Both the position numbers and the translations under genes were made by a program. A DNA stretch of 64,000 nt from Ignisphaera sp. GTDB lineage: Archaea; Thermoproteota; Thermoprotei_A; Sulfolobales; Ignisphaeraceae. The notes beneath the pieces are model-generated. The model saw only the letters and a program-made list of their open reading frames with translations, made no database searches and was not told the DNA's origin. Where the stretch lies: assembly GCA_038889075.1 (NCBI GenBank), contig JAWAHS010000003.1, forward strand, positions 137,919 to 201,918. The letters run 5' to 3'. Positions 31,823 through 42,998 of the stretch are shown here, piece by piece (position 1 is the first letter of the stretch; each line of letters begins with the position of its first letter).

Positions 31823-32537
31823 GACTAAACTTGTAACTGAAGATGGAAGGAGAATCGATGGGAGACGGCCGGATGAATTAAGACCGATAAGAATTGATAT
31901 AGGAGTACTTAAAAATGCTGATGGCTCGGCAATCGTTGAATATGGTAATACGAAGGTACTTGCAGCCGTATATGGTCCTCGAGAAGTTGTACCCAGACAC
32001 GAAGAACTCGCTGATAGGGCCATCGTTAGATGCAGATATAGAATGCTCTCATTTTCAACCACAGGTGAGAGAAAGAGTCCTGCACCGAGTCGACGTGAAA
32101 TAGAACTTTCTAAAGTTATACGAGAAGCACTCGAACCCGCAATATTGAGCAGCCAATTTCCGCGTACTGCCATAGACATATTCATAGAGGTAATCAATGC
32201 CGATGGAGGAACTAGAACAGCGGGGATAACGGCTGCTGCAGTAGCATTAGCAGATGCTGGAATTCCTATGTTGGATCTCGTTGCTGCAGTAGCTGTCGGA
32301 AAATTAGATGGTGTATTAGTTGTTGATTTAAATGGTATAGAGGATATGAATGGTGAAGCAGATATGCCAATAGCTATAATGCCATCCTTGGGAAGAATAA
32401 CAATGTTACAATTAAATGGAGTACTATCACCAGGAGAATTTAAGAGCGCGTTATCACTAGCTATAAGCAGTATAAACAAAATATATGAACTCCAAAAGGA
32501 GGCTCTTAGAAGAAAGTACCTTACAATTGAGGAATAG
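31809..32537 (+). CDS. rrp41: Exosome catalytic subunit Rrp41
   Basis: [23 protein letters not shown]. Confidence 0.96.
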   Translation: MKLNKTKLVTEDGRRIDGRRPDELRPIRIDIGVLKNADGSAIVEYGNTKVLAAVYGPREVVPRHEELADRAIVRCRYRMLSFSTTGERKSPAPSRREIELSKVIREALEPAILSSQFPRTAIDIFIEVINADGGTRTAGITAAAVALADAGIPMLDLVAAVAVGKLDGVLVVDLNGIEDMNGEADMPIAIMPSLGRITMLQLNGVLSPGEFKSALSLAISSINKIYELQKEALRRKYLTIEE

Positions 32538-32551
32538 ATATGGTGATATAA

Positions 32552-33388
32552 ATGTCGTCAACACCCGAAACGCTTCTGATACCTAAGATAAAATATAGTG
32601 CTATCTTGAATGTAATATCCAAGGGTTTTCATGTAGATAGAAGATCAGTAATGGAGTATAGACAGTTGAATATAACCTATAATGTAGCTCCAAATGCCGA
32701 TTCCTCTGTCCTACTTAGATTAGGAAATACTCAGATACTTGCTGGCATAAAGTTGGAGATAGGACAGCCATTTCCAGATAATCCTGATGAAGGGGTATTG
32801 ATAGTGAATGCGGAATATATACCTGCAGCATCCCCTGTATATGAACCTGGGCCGCCTGATGAAGACGCTATTGAGTTGGCAAGAATCATAGATAGATCTC
32901 TTAGAGAGTCAAGAGCTATAGCTCTCGATAAGCTGGTCATAACACCTGGTAAAAGGGTATGGTCTTTATGGGTGGACATATACGTGTTAGACTACGATGG
33001 AAACCTTATTGATGCATCTATGTTAGCCTCAATGGCTGCTCTTGCAAATACTTATATACCATATTATGAGGTAGATCAGACAACTGGTAGTATAAGAATA
33101 GATAGGAATAAAAAGATTATGCCTTTACCAATTAATAAGTATGTTGCCACCGTCACCATAAATAAAATAGGAGAATACATGGTGATCGATCCGACAGGTG
33201 AGGAAGAGGCTATAGCATCAGGTAGTATAACATTCTCTGTAAGTGAAGATAACTATATAGTAGGCATACAGAAAAGAGGTATGGGAACCTTTAGCACAGA
33301 TGAAATTGAAAAAGCGTTGGATGTTGCTTTAAATAAAGGAAAAGAAATGATAGAATTGCTTAAGAAACTGACTGCTGTTACTAAATAA
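32552..33388 (+). CDS. rrp42: Exosome subunit Rrp42
   Basis: EPGPPDEDAIELARIIDRSLRE, DYDGNLID. Confidence 0.96.
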   Translation: MSSTPETLLIPKIKYSAILNVISKGFHVDRRSVMEYRQLNITYNVAPNADSSVLLRLGNTQILAGIKLEIGQPFPDNPDEGVLIVNAEYIPAASPVYEPGPPDEDAIELARIIDRSLRESRAIALDKLVITPGKRVWSLWVDIYVLDYDGNLIDASMLASMAALANTYIPYYEVDQTTGSIRIDRNKKIMPLPINKYVATVTINKIGEYMVIDPTGEEEAIASGSITFSVSEDNYIVGIQKRGMGTFSTDEIEKALDVALNKGKEMIELLKKLTAVTK

Positions 33389-33462
33389 AGATAAAGCTTT
33401 TAAGGAATATCTAAATGTTAGTACTATATTAGTATGAAGAGTATTGATATGTGGTGAATAAC

Positions 33463-33693
33463 ATGGGCAGAACAAAGGTTGTAGGCATAGCTGGTAGGTT
33501 TGGAGCTAGGTATGGTTCAAGCATCAGAAAGAAATGGAAGGAGGTTATGGAAAGAAGGTATGCGGAGTATCGGTGCCCCTATTGTGGAAGTATCACTAAA
33601 ATGTATAGAATAGCTTTTGGTATATGGGAGTGCTCAAAATGCAGATCCAGATGGGCTGGCGCTGCATATACTCCATGGACTATCGAGAAATAG
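33463..33693 (+). CDS. rpl37ae: 50S ribosomal protein L37Ae (eL43)
   Basis: AGRFGARYG, CPYC..CSKC, GAAYTP. Confidence 0.96.
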   Translation: MGRTKVVGIAGRFGARYGSSIRKKWKEVMERRYAEYRCPYCGSITKMYRIAFGIWECSKCRSRWAGAAYTPWTIEK

Positions 33694-33754
33694 AATGGAG
33701 GACAAATCCACACCGATTAATTGATTAATTATTCTAACTAGGTTAGCATTAGAA

Positions 33755-34309
33755 TTGCCCAGAATTCTCATAACAACATCCCGTAGACCCACTAAAACTA
33801 CAAGAAGATTTGTGAAAATACTCTCTCTAATAATACCTGGTTCTATAAATATAACAAGAGGTAAATATACGATGACCGCATTAACGCTACAAGCAATTGA
33901 TATAGGTGCAGAAAATATCGTTATAGTTAGGAATAGAAAAGGTAATCCAGGCTATATAGATGTATATTCCATCAATATTGCTAGTCTTATACCGTCTAAG
34001 GTCTGCAGCATTAGAATTTGTGGATATAAAATAATTGAAAATAGTAGATATGGATTTAATTATAATAGAATATTTTTTCTAGAGAGCAATTTAATTAAAA
34101 CTTACATTGATGAACGTCTTCTCGCATGTATATTTAAATGTTTCAATATCAATATATCGTCCAGAAATGCTTGTATGGATAAACGTACCTTAGAAGCTCA
34201 TATAGAGTCGCTTAGTAAAGATACTGCATATGAGTTATCCTTTAGAGACTGCAAAGGAAATTTGAAAGGTTTGGTGCTTAAAATTTGTCCGGTAAGAACT
34301 ACAAGGTAA
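33755..34309 (+). CDS. Brix/Imp4 domain ribosome biogenesis protein
   Basis: ILITTSRRPT, RGK, KGNPG; exosome operon position. Confidence 0.88.
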   Translation: MPRILITTSRRPTKTTRRFVKILSLIIPGSINITRGKYTMTALTLQAIDIGAENIVIVRNRKGNPGYIDVYSINIASLIPSKVCSIRICGYKIIENSRYGFNYNRIFFLESNLIKTYIDERLLACIFKCFNINISSRNACMDKRTLEAHIESLSKDTAYELSFRDCKGNLKGLVLKICPVRTTR

Positions 34310-34569
34310 AAATGCTACTGTGCTACGAAGATGCCCATGAGGAAATACTACTAGATATAATTAAGAGGAGTCTCATAGCTGAAGTTTCAAATCCTATAGA
34401 GAATACTGATGAAATAAAAATTGGATTTACTAGCAATAGAAGTTGCTTAGAAATATATGAAAAGAGTAATAGTTTAAGCCGTGTTAGAGCTATAACGAAT
34501 TCCTATCTTTATTTGATATATACAATAGAGAAAACTATTGATATAATTAATGGTATTGAGCAGCATTGA
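34285..34569 (+). CDS. KEOPS Pcc1-like subunit
   Basis: SLSRVRAITNSYLYLI resembles Pcc1; conserved operon position. Confidence 0.75.
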   Translation: MSGKNYKVKMLLCYEDAHEEILLDIIKRSLIAEVSNPIENTDEIKIGFTSNRSCLEIYEKSNSLSRVRAITNSYLYLIYTIEKTIDIINGIEQH

Positions 34570-34614
34570 GATTTAATAATATTGTCACCTAAAATTCAGA
34601 ATTGTGGTGTAAAC

Positions 34615-34974
34615 ATGGCTGAATCTCTACCTCCTGAACTCCAACAACAGGTAATAAAATACCAGCAATTGCAAACCCAGCTTAATCAAGTTTTAGCTGA
34701 AAGAAGTTTACTTGAACAAGAGCTTAGGGAAATCAATAGAGCACTAGAAATATTGAAAAATGTACCAGATAATATTGATATATATCGGAGTGCTGGACAT
34801 CTATTAATTAAAGTAAATAAAAATGATGCGGAAAAAGAGTTATCTGAACGTAAAGAGCTTCTCGAACTTAGATTAAAAACATTAAGTAGACAGGAGTCCC
34901 TAATCAGACAACAGTTAGCCGATGTCCAATCAAAGCTTAGCCAATACGTATCATCTGTCTATAAGAAGACCTAA
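34615..34974 (+). CDS. pfdB: Prefoldin beta subunit
   Basis: LPPELQ, coiled coils flanking IYRSAGHLLIKV hairpin. Confidence 0.93.
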   Translation: MAESLPPELQQQVIKYQQLQTQLNQVLAERSLLEQELREINRALEILKNVPDNIDIYRSAGHLLIKVNKNDAEKELSERKELLELRLKTLSRQESLIRQQLADVQSKLSQYVSSVYKKT

Positions 34975-35003
34975 ATAAAGGTATTTTTAACATAGTGTTT
35001 TAA

Positions 35004-35366
35004 ATGAGTAAAGTAAGAAGATCTATAGAGTTGATAGGTCTAGATTTAGAATTTTTTAGCGAAGAAAATATTATCGAGCTTATAAAAGTTATTGAAGAAA
35101 GTATAAAAAATGATTTAAATAGAATACTTGGGCTTAGAACTGATGAATATACCATTACAATAGGTGTTGAGGTGAACAAAGAACTTAGAATAGCTATAGA
35201 TCTGGATGTAAAGGCATACTTATCTAATAAGATGAACTTACATAATATACTTAATAAAGTGATAAACCATGCATTTGATAAAACAAGAATTCATCTTAAA
35301 CAACTTGCAAGAAAAAATAAGAATGGCGATCCTCAGATCCGAGAACATAGCCATCTTAACACATAG
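35004..35366 (+). CDS. DUF3194-like protein
   Basis: IGL...LIKVIEE..I pattern, position after pfdB. Confidence 0.6.
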   Translation: MSKVRRSIELIGLDLEFFSEENIIELIKVIEESIKNDLNRILGLRTDEYTITIGVEVNKELRIAIDLDVKAYLSNKMNLHNILNKVINHAFDKTRIHLKQLARKNKNGDPQIREHSHLNT

Positions 35367-36372
35367 TAATGCCGATCCTGATGCTTTAGCTTCTGCTTGT
35401 GTGTTAGCATATCTTATTAGCAGAATGAACTCCACATCAAATATAAGAGTTGTGGTATCTGATGGTATAGGTAGCGAATGTAAAGATATGGTTAAGTTAT
35501 GTATCGGAAAGGGCGTAAAAATAGAAACTATTAAGAGAGCTACTCAATTAAAAATCGATAAGGAGGATTTATGTTTATTAGTTGACGTGGCCTCCACAGA
35601 ACAGTTGAGATATGCAAAACCCATACTTACAGCTTGTAAAACCGTTGTAATACTAGACCATCACGATGTCCACGACTATAATAAGAATTTATTAGATGGA
35701 AAGGATGTGATATACATCCTAGACCCAGATGCTTCCTCTACAGCTGAAATGGTATACAAATTAATAAATGAATTAAACATTGCAATTGAGGTCGACTTTC
35801 TTAGGATTCTTTTAGCAGGTATTATTTGGGATACCAAGAGATTCTTAAGAGTGGCTCCAAATACGTTTAAATATGTTAATGAAATGATGGAAAAAGGTGT
35901 ACAGTATGTTGAAGCATTGAAAATGATTGAAGGTACGAAACCTACATATAGTAGAATAGCTAGGATTAGGTGCCTACTTAGGCATAGAGGTTTTAAAGCT
36001 ATTATAAACAATAGAGAGGTTTATATTGCGGTCTCTGAGGTAGGAGCTTACGAATCAGATTGTGCTACTGCATTGATTACAATGGGTTACGATATAGCAT
36101 TTATACTCAACACAGATGAATCACTAAAAACTCTGAGGCTTATATATAGAGTTCGTGAAAATCTTATGGAGGAATTGCAAATAGATATTTATAGAGATGT
36201 GCTTAAGAAATTAGTTGATGCGTTCGGGGGTGGTGGAGGTGGTCATAAGGGAGCAGGAGGGGTAGTTTTGAGAACAATTAGCATGGAGGCTGTAGTTTCT
36301 GAGATTATAAAAATTCTGAACGCTATATCAAATAATAATCTCACTGAGTTTGTGGAGGAAAAAGTAGGGTGA
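35269..36372 (+). CDS. DHH/DHHA1 phosphoesterase (NrnA-like)
   Basis: THSNADPDA, LLVDVA, LDHH, GGGGGH..AGG; exact start uncertain. Confidence 0.9.
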   Translation: MHLIKQEFILNNLQEKIRMAILRSENIAILTHSNADPDALASACVLAYLISRMNSTSNIRVVVSDGIGSECKDMVKLCIGKGVKIETIKRATQLKIDKEDLCLLVDVASTEQLRYAKPILTACKTVVILDHHDVHDYNKNLLDGKDVIYILDPDASSTAEMVYKLINELNIAIEVDFLRILLAGIIWDTKRFLRVAPNTFKYVNEMMEKGVQYVEALKMIEGTKPTYSRIARIRCLLRHRGFKAIINNREVYIAVSEVGAYESDCATALITMGYDIAFILNTDESLKTLRLIYRVRENLMEELQIDIYRDVLKKLVDAFGGGGGGHKGAGGVVLRTISMEAVVSEIIKILNAISNNNLTEFVEEKVG

Positions 36373-36378
36373 AGATGT

Positions 36379-37104
36379 ACGGTTATAGTCTACGTTGATG
36401 AACGCGAGAAGAGATCTTCTGTACCGATGATTCTTAAATCAAAAGGTGTTACAGTACTTTTCAAACAACTTAGCGTAGGTGACTATGTAATCTCTAATGT
36501 AATAGGTATAGAACGAAAAACTGCAATAGACTTTGCAAAATCTTTAGTTGATGGAAGGTTGTTCGACCAAGCTAAGAGAATTGCTGAAACATTTGAAAAA
36601 CCTGTAATGATATTAGAAGGGAATTTCGAAGATATACAAAGATTTGTTAGGATTCATAGAAATGCTTTACTCGGCGCATATATATCGCTAGGTATTGGAA
36701 TGAACATAATTCTTATCCAGTCTAAAAATGAAGAGGAGACTGCCGAAATTATAAAAAGAATTGCCTTATACCAACAAAAGATGTACAAATCTTCTACAGC
36801 ACTGAGACCTGCTTTAAAGGTTAATAAAGGTGGTATAGCTGAGTGGCAGTTATATATTCTCCAATGTTTTCCACATATAGGACCGAAAATAGCTCATAGG
36901 ATTATTGAAAAATTTCAATCTATTCGCAATTTCTGTAATGCTTCTATAGCAGACCTATCACGAATTGAAGGTCTTAGTGAAAGGAAGGCCGCTGAAATAT
37001 ATCAGATTATAAATTTGCTTGCTATTGATAAGAATGATAGAACTAAGTACATAATAGATTATCTAAAAAAAGAGGAAAAGGATGGGGATAACGTCACTCA
37101 ATAA
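36379..37104 (+). CDS. xpf: Crenarchaeal XPF (ERCC4-HhH2) endonuclease; true start upstream of ATG 36427 and uncertain
   Basis: YVDERE, GDY, ERKTAID, HhH2, PIP-like YIIDYL. Confidence 0.9.
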   Translation, partial: TVIVYVDEREKRSSVPMILKSKGVTVLFKQLSVGDYVISNVIGIERKTAIDFAKSLVDGRLFDQAKRIAETFEKPVMILEGNFEDIQRFVRIHRNALLGAYISLGIGMNIILIQSKNEEETAEIIKRIALYQQKMYKSSTALRPALKVNKGGIAEWQLYILQCFPHIGPKIAHRIIEKFQSIRNFCNASIADLSRIEGLSERKAAEIYQIINLLAIDKNDRTKYIIDYLKKEEKDGDNVTQ

Positions 37105-37152
37105 AATTAATAAGCTAGCAAATTAAAAGAACTCTACCAAGGTTTGTGGAGA

Positions 37153-39369
37153 ATGAGGTATGTAAAAACTGTAGACCAAGTACTAAAGATAATGAACAAT
37201 ATAGAACAAATTAGAAATGTTGGTATTATCGCACATGTAGATCATGGAAAAACTACTACGACAGATAGCTTACTAGCCGCAGCTGGTATAATATCTCCAA
37301 GACTTGCTGGGCAAGTACTTGCCATGGACTTTCTGGATGTAGAACAGAGGCGCCAAATGACTGTAAAAGCTGCCAACATTAGCTTATACCATGAATATGA
37401 GGGTAAACCATATGTAATAAATCTTGTAGATACCCCGGGACACGTAGATTTTACAGGAAAGGTTACGAGAAGCCTTAGAATGATTGATGGTGCTATAGTT
37501 GTAGTCGATGCTGTAGAAGGAGTTATGACCCAAACAGAAACTGTACTAAGACAGGCCTTAGAGGAAAGGATTAGACCATTGCTATTCATAAATAAAGTAG
37601 ACAGACTAATTAAAGAACTGAGGATGGGTTCTGATGAAATAAAGCAGAGGTTTATAGAAATAATAAAGGAAATAAATAATTTAATTGAAACCTATGCCGA
37701 ACCTGAATTTAAGAAAAAATGGATCTTAGATCCGGTTCAAGGTATGGTAGCATTTGGTAGTGCAAGAGATGCGATAGGATTAACGGTACCTATGAGTCGT
37801 AAAAAAGGTGTAAAAGTAGATGATCTCATTGAGGCTTATTCTAGAGGGGACAAGGATGCTATTGAGGATCTGAAAAAGAAGATACCATTACATGAAGCAT
37901 TATTAGATATGGTTGTAAAGTTTGTTCCAAATCCTAAGGAAGCACAACGCTATAGAATTCCTAGATTATGGAAAGGGGAAACAAATAGTGAAATAGGCAA
38001 AGCCATGATGGAGGCTGATCCTGATGGCCCATTGATATTCTTCGTATGTGATATGCGCTGGGATCCTCACGCAGGTTTCGTTGCAACCGGAAGGTTGTTC
38101 TCAGGCACTGTCTATAGTGGCCAAGAAGTTTATTTAATAAATGCCAAATCGTCTCAAAGAGTGCTACAGGTAGGATTATACATGGGCCCATATAGAGAGG
38201 TGGTAGATAGAATACCAGCTGGAAATGTAGCAGCCATATTAGGTCCTGACCTAGCTAGAGCAGGAGAAACCATTGTAGATATAAAGTTGAAAGATACCAT
38301 GGTGCCCTTTGAAAGACTGAGATATGTTTCAGAACCCGTAGTGACAATGGCAATAGAACCTAAGAAGACAACTGATTTAACAAAATTAATGGATGCCCTT
38401 AAGAAGATGAGTATTGAAGATCCGAATCTCATTGTAAAAATAAATGAGGAAACAGGTGAATATCTGGTTTCTGGTATGGGGCATCTACACCTGGAGATTG
38501 TACTTACGTTACTTAGGGAAAGATTTGGCCTAGATGTTGACACAACACAGCCAACAGTTGTCTATAGAGAGACCATAAGAGATAAGAGCACAGTATTTGA
38601 AGGAAAATCGCCTAATAGACACAACAGATTTTACATAAGTGTTGAACCTCTTAATGAGGAATCGATTAGATTAATTCAACAGGGCATCGTAACAGAGGAT
38701 ATGGATGTACATAAGAGAGCTAAAATATTGAGAGATGAGGCTGGTTGGGATCATGATGAGGCTAGAAGGGTATGGGCCATAGATGAAAATATAAACATTT
38801 TCGTTGATAGAACTTCAGGTATTCAGTACCTAAGGGAAGTTAGGGATACAATAATACAGGGATTTAGGTTGGCTATGAGAGAAGGTCCTCTTGCTTTAGA
38901 ACCTGTTAGAGGGTTGAAGGTAGTATTACATGATGCAATAATTCATGAAGATCCTGCACACAGAGGTCCTGCACAGATATATCCTGCTGTTAGAAATCCG
39001 ATATATGCTGCAATGTTGTCTTCGAGACCTACGCTCCTTGAACCAATACAGAAGTTGGAGATAAAGTTTCCGATAGACTACCTAGGACCTATTTCAGCCA
39101 TAATAACTAAGAGGAGAGGTAGGATAATAAATGTTGTGCATATGATTGGCAATCTTGTTAAAATGTTGGCAGAGGTGCCAGTGGCTGAATCATTGGATCT
39201 AGCAAATGAATTGAGAAGTGCTAGCGCAGGAAAGGCGTTCTGGGGCACAGAATTTAGCAGGTGGGCTGTAGTACCAGATTCGCTACTACTAGATATTATC
39301 AAAAAATTGAGACAGAGGAAGGGAGTAAAACCAGAACCTCCAAGAGTTGAGGACTTCTTATCACCATAG
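37153..39369 (+). CDS. fusA: Elongation factor 2
   Basis: [26 protein letters not shown] diphthamide loop. Confidence 0.98.
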   Translation: MRYVKTVDQVLKIMNNIEQIRNVGIIAHVDHGKTTTTDSLLAAAGIISPRLAGQVLAMDFLDVEQRRQMTVKAANISLYHEYEGKPYVINLVDTPGHVDFTGKVTRSLRMIDGAIVVVDAVEGVMTQTETVLRQALEERIRPLLFINKVDRLIKELRMGSDEIKQRFIEIIKEINNLIETYAEPEFKKKWILDPVQGMVAFGSARDAIGLTVPMSRKKGVKVDDLIEAYSRGDKDAIEDLKKKIPLHEALLDMVVKFVPNPKEAQRYRIPRLWKGETNSEIGKAMMEADPDGPLIFFVCDMRWDPHAGFVATGRLFSGTVYSGQEVYLINAKSSQRVLQVGLYMGPYREVVDRIPAGNVAAILGPDLARAGETIVDIKLKDTMVPFERLRYVSEPVVTMAIEPKKTTDLTKLMDALKKMSIEDPNLIVKINEETGEYLVSGMGHLHLEIVLTLLRERFGLDVDTTQPTVVYRETIRDKSTVFEGKSPNRHNRFYISVEPLNEESIRLIQQGIVTEDMDVHKRAKILRDEAGWDHDEARRVWAIDENINIFVDRTSGIQYLREVRDTIIQGFRLAMREGPLALEPVRGLKVVLHDAIIHEDPAHRGPAQIYPAVRNPIYAAMLSSRPTLLEPIQKLEIKFPIDYLGPISAIITKRRGRIINVVHMIGNLVKMLAEVPVAESLDLANELRSASAGKAFWGTEFSRWAVVPDSLLLDIIKKLRQRKGVKPEPPRVEDFLSP

Positions 39370-39521
39370 CAAATGATTCTATAAACTAAATTCATTTATT
39401 GTTTTGGTAATATGTTTACATATACATGGTTAATATATTAGGAACTTAAGTTCATTAGTAATGTTAGATTAAAAGCTTATATTGTTAACTAAAACTAGAT
39501 TAGCAAGGTTTAGCCAGATAG

Positions 39522-39617
<96 letters not shown>

Positions 39618-39636
39618 CAAAAACAAACAATAGATA

Positions 39637-39990
39637 TTGGTCAATGCTATGAAAAGATATAGATACTATAGAATAGTACTAGAGATGACGTCGCTTCCTT
39701 TAGCCCTACTATGGTACATTTACATTCTAACAGGCTATTGCATGATTAATACGAGAATTGTAAGAATTTTAACATTTAATTTACTTGAATATAAGAGCTG
39801 TATACTATTGCATCTATCAACCGAATTGAGATGGTCATTAATTGTTTTTACATTACTACACCTCTTCACAGGATTTAGCATATTATCATTAAGGGTGAAA
39901 AATAAGACTTTACGTCGGTTTGTAGAGATTACCTTGATTGTACTATTACTAATCTTATTATTTCAATTCTTGCTACTAGAATTTCTATAA
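39637..39990 (+). CDS. Hypothetical three-TM membrane protein
   Basis: Hydrophobic ORF with His residues in/near TMs (LLHL, LLHLFTG). Confidence 0.65.
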   Translation: MVNAMKRYRYYRIVLEMTSLPLALLWYIYILTGYCMINTRIVRILTFNLLEYKSCILLHLSTELRWSLIVFTLLHLFTGFSILSLRVKNKTLRRFVEITLIVLLLILLFQFLLLEFL

Positions 39991-40282
39991 AGCTACTCAT
40001 TTAATTTCTCTACTCTAAAAACAAAGAATCCTTTAAATATAAGCTTAAAGAATACACCTTTGTAATAATGATTCAAACTTAATGAGATTCTCAGATCGTT
40101 ATTTTTATTTTATGTAGATTACAGATATAGGAACTAATAGTATAATAGATGAAACTTCTATCTACAAAATAATTAGTCAGTAAAGATTATAAATAAAGTG
40201 AATCCATTTATAGATATGTGGTCATTTTCATTAGTTTAACAAACTTTTGCAATAGAAATTCTGGGGGATTGTATATGTGAAG

Positions 40283-41575
40283 CTAGTTTAATGATTTTTC
40301 GTATTTTTCCAGTAGCTGTTTAGCATAATCAAAGCTTATTTTTCCATCCTTAATCATTTGACTGGCAATGATTTCTATCAGCTCTCCCTTTGCTCCAGCA
40401 AGTATGGCTAGATTCTTGGCGTGGAGTTTCATATGACCGCTTTGTATACCAGTGGTTACCAGGGCTCGTAAAGCGGCAAAGTTCTGTGCCAGCCCTACAG
40501 CTGCCATAATTTCCGCTAGCTCTTTAGCTGTTTTTATACCCATGATTTTTAATGCTATTTGTGCTATGGGATGCGTCTTAACCGCCCCCCCTACAATACC
40601 AACTTGCAATGGTATTTCCATAAATCCTACTAAATATCCATTTGAGTCTAAATCCCATCTGCTAAGAGGTTTATAGATACCAAAACGGGCTGCATACGCA
40701 TGTGCCCCCGCTTCTATAGCTCGATGATCTTGAGCTGTTGCTAGAGCTACTGCTATTATACCATTTAGTATACCTTTATTATGTGTTACAGCTCTAAATG
40801 GGTCTGCTTCAGCTATTGCGCTCGCATCAACGATTTTTTCAGCAATTTCCCTTCCACCAATGTTTTCTGGAGCAACTCTTACCCAAGCTCTTACAAGCCT
40901 ATATATAGCATAATTTGATACTATACGCAGCCTAGCTTCACCACCTACCAACCTCTCCAAATAAGGTGCTATTGCCTCTGCCATAGTATTTACTGTATTA
41001 GCACCCATAGCATCGACAACATCGACAATCAAATTAATAACAATAGCCATTCCACGCCTTGTCTCTATTACCTTTACCTCGATATCCTTTGCACCACCTC
41101 CTACCTTCAGAAGGGTTCTATTTGTTGAGTTAGCAATATCTAGTAGCTCATTTTTATGTTTCAAAATCTCCATAGATGCATAATATGGTGAGGGTACTTT
41201 CATCATATATACTTGACCCAGCATAAGTTGCCCAGAGGCCTCCGCACTAATACCTTCACCCTCTCGAAGCATTCTTGCTGCATTACTTGCTGCTGCAACA
41301 ACGCTGGGTTCTTCTAAAACCATTGGAATCAGGTAGTCTTTACCATTTATTTTAAAATTGACCGCTACTGCAAATGGATATGACATAGCTCCTACGACAT
41401 TCTCTATCATTGTTTCAGCAATCTTTCTATCTAGATTTCCAAAATTTGATAGCATGGCAATTTCATCATCTGAAAGCTGTGCCCATTCCTTAACGATCTT
41501 TAAACGTTCCTCTAGTGGCATATTATAGAATCCTGAAATCCTTGAACATCTACTCTTTTTATTATCTGTACTCAT
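40283..41575 (-). CDS. mvaA: HMG-CoA reductase, class II type
   Basis: IENVVG, EEPSVVAAAS, DAMGANTVN, THNKGILNG, GHMKLH. Confidence 0.93.
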   Translation of the reverse strand: MSTDNKKSRCSRISGFYNMPLEERLKIVKEWAQLSDDEIAMLSNFGNLDRKIAETMIENVVGAMSYPFAVAVNFKINGKDYLIPMVLEEPSVVAAASNAARMLREGEGISAEASGQLMLGQVYMMKVPSPYYASMEILKHKNELLDIANSTNRTLLKVGGGAKDIEVKVIETRRGMAIVINLIVDVVDAMGANTVNTMAEAIAPYLERLVGGEARLRIVSNYAIYRLVRAWVRVAPENIGGREIAEKIVDASAIAEADPFRAVTHNKGILNGIIAVALATAQDHRAIEAGAHAYAARFGIYKPLSRWDLDSNGYLVGFMEIPLQVGIVGGAVKTHPIAQIALKIMGIKTAKELAEIMAAVGLAQNFAALRALVTTGIQSGHMKLHAKNLAILAGAKGELIEIIASQMIKDGKISFDYAKQLLEKYEKSLN

Positions 41576-41640
41576 GACACATCACTTAAAAAGCATAATT
41601 TTTTGGGTTTTATAAGAGTTGTGGATATATTGTTTTTCAA

Positions 41641-42291
41641 TCAAAATAATAAATTGCGTAAAACTATATGGACCAACCCATTATAAAGGGACGATTCGGC
41701 TATGGCATCCTTATCTGAATATGATATTAGAATAACGTCGCCATACAATGCTTCCATATACCTTGCTATATTAGCTAACACAGGATACACTTTTTCATTT
41801 AATTTATCATCTGGTGGTATGTATATGTGATGCTCATTAATGAATATAATTAAAGCTGCTTTTGCCCCACAAGATATTAGAATGTCTCTGGCATTTGATA
41901 TACCAATAGAAAGCATATTGTTCTTGTAATTATTTAATAAAGCTGCATAGGCGTATTTGGCGAGCTTAAGAACTCCTTCAACAATGTCTGAAACATTATC
42001 TATTCTCTTTATAACGCTAACTATACTATCTATTAATGATTTCCCCTTTGAGGTAAGCGTGCATCCTCCAATGGGATCCACGTTAATAAGATTGTGCACT
42101 CTTAACCTCTTCATTAAGGTTCTAGTTGATGATATCCCCAATGAAAGCTGTTTTGATAGAACATGTCTACCTAGGGGTTCCTTTTCCCTTAAAATCATTA
42201 GAGTCTTCAGTACATGATAAGGTTCGAATGATGGCTTTACACCTTTGTGCGGTGCTACAATGTTTTCTAACAATTCACTAACTGTTATCAC
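41641..42291 (-). CDS. N-terminal wHTH protein (DUF4443/DUF2111-like)
   Basis: PLGRHVLSKQLSLG..STRTLMKRL...GC.LT.KG; RD...GAKA. Confidence 0.7.
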   Translation of the reverse strand: MITVSELLENIVAPHKGVKPSFEPYHVLKTLMILREKEPLGRHVLSKQLSLGISSTRTLMKRLRVHNLINVDPIGGCTLTSKGKSLIDSIVSVIKRIDNVSDIVEGVLKLAKYAYAALLNNYKNNMLSIGISNARDILISCGAKAALIIFINEHHIYIPPDDKLNEKVYPVLANIARYMEALYGDVILISYSDKDAIAESSLYNGLVHIVLRNLLF

Positions 42292-42439
42292 TATGTATCT
42301 CCAAAACTTACTTACATTCTACTGTAGTTAAAATAATTTCCTATCATTGTACCAATCATCGGCAGCTCTGTAAGCATTGTACTCGCTAACTAAAAATTAG
42401 AAAGATGTAAAATGAAACCTATGGGTATATGAGCTACCA

Positions 42440-42700
42440 TACAATTCATCTTGTGATGTATCAAGTCCGTACTTTTAAATCATTCAAATTCTTATCTATT
42501 CTATAGCCCTCGTTGGTAAAATCACAATTAGGATGCTTATAAATGTTTCCTAAGATCAGCTCCACTAATACTCAATTTTCTTTCAATAGTTTTGAGAACC
42601 GTATAGAGATACTCTCCCATAGACTATGATTTTACCTTCTTCGAGCATCCTCAAATTCTCCATAACGAGATTTGCATTACAGCTTCAACTATTTTCTCTA
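42440..42700 (-). pseudogene. Heavily decayed tnpB (IS200/IS605-family) fragment
   Basis: Frameshifted pieces KIVEA / NANLVMENLRML / RVSLYG / KIEY / DLR / HPNCD / NEGYR / KYGL in TnpB order. Confidence 0.45.
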
Positions 42701-42844
42701 TCATAGAATAAAATACGACTTATACAACTAATGACTAACAATGCTACAACCAGAAAACACAGGTATTCTAGAAAAATTAAAATTCAGCAAGGCGATCTTA
42801 AACAAAACAAAATTTATAAGTAGTGATAGAAATAGAGTCGATAG

Positions 42845-42902
42845 ATGACGAGTCCCGCGCCCTAGACACAAAAAGGATGAAGAGAATCGCGGCCGCCACC
42901 GA
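42845..42902 (+). ncRNA. C/D-box guide sRNA (degenerate D')
   Basis: ATGACGA-GTCCCGCGCCC-TAGA...ATGAAGA-GAATCGCGGCCGCCA-CCGA; GC-rich island in AT-rich spacer. Confidence 0.75.
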
Positions 42903-42998
42903 CTACATCGCCTATAAATTAAATATCGATAGTGTAATATTAGTAGTTGAAAGTAGTTTAAGTTTTACATATATAACTATAGCAACTATGGTGATTTT

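Noticed and set aside
36370-36372. Selenocysteine decoding of the DHH/XPF TGA
   Set aside because: No SECIS-like element seen, position is not a redox site, and Sec is not established in crenarchaea
40247-40267. ORB-like TTGCAATAGAAATTCTGGGGG beside an AT-rich spacer
   Set aside because: One imperfect copy, no inverted partner, no initiator gene adjacent
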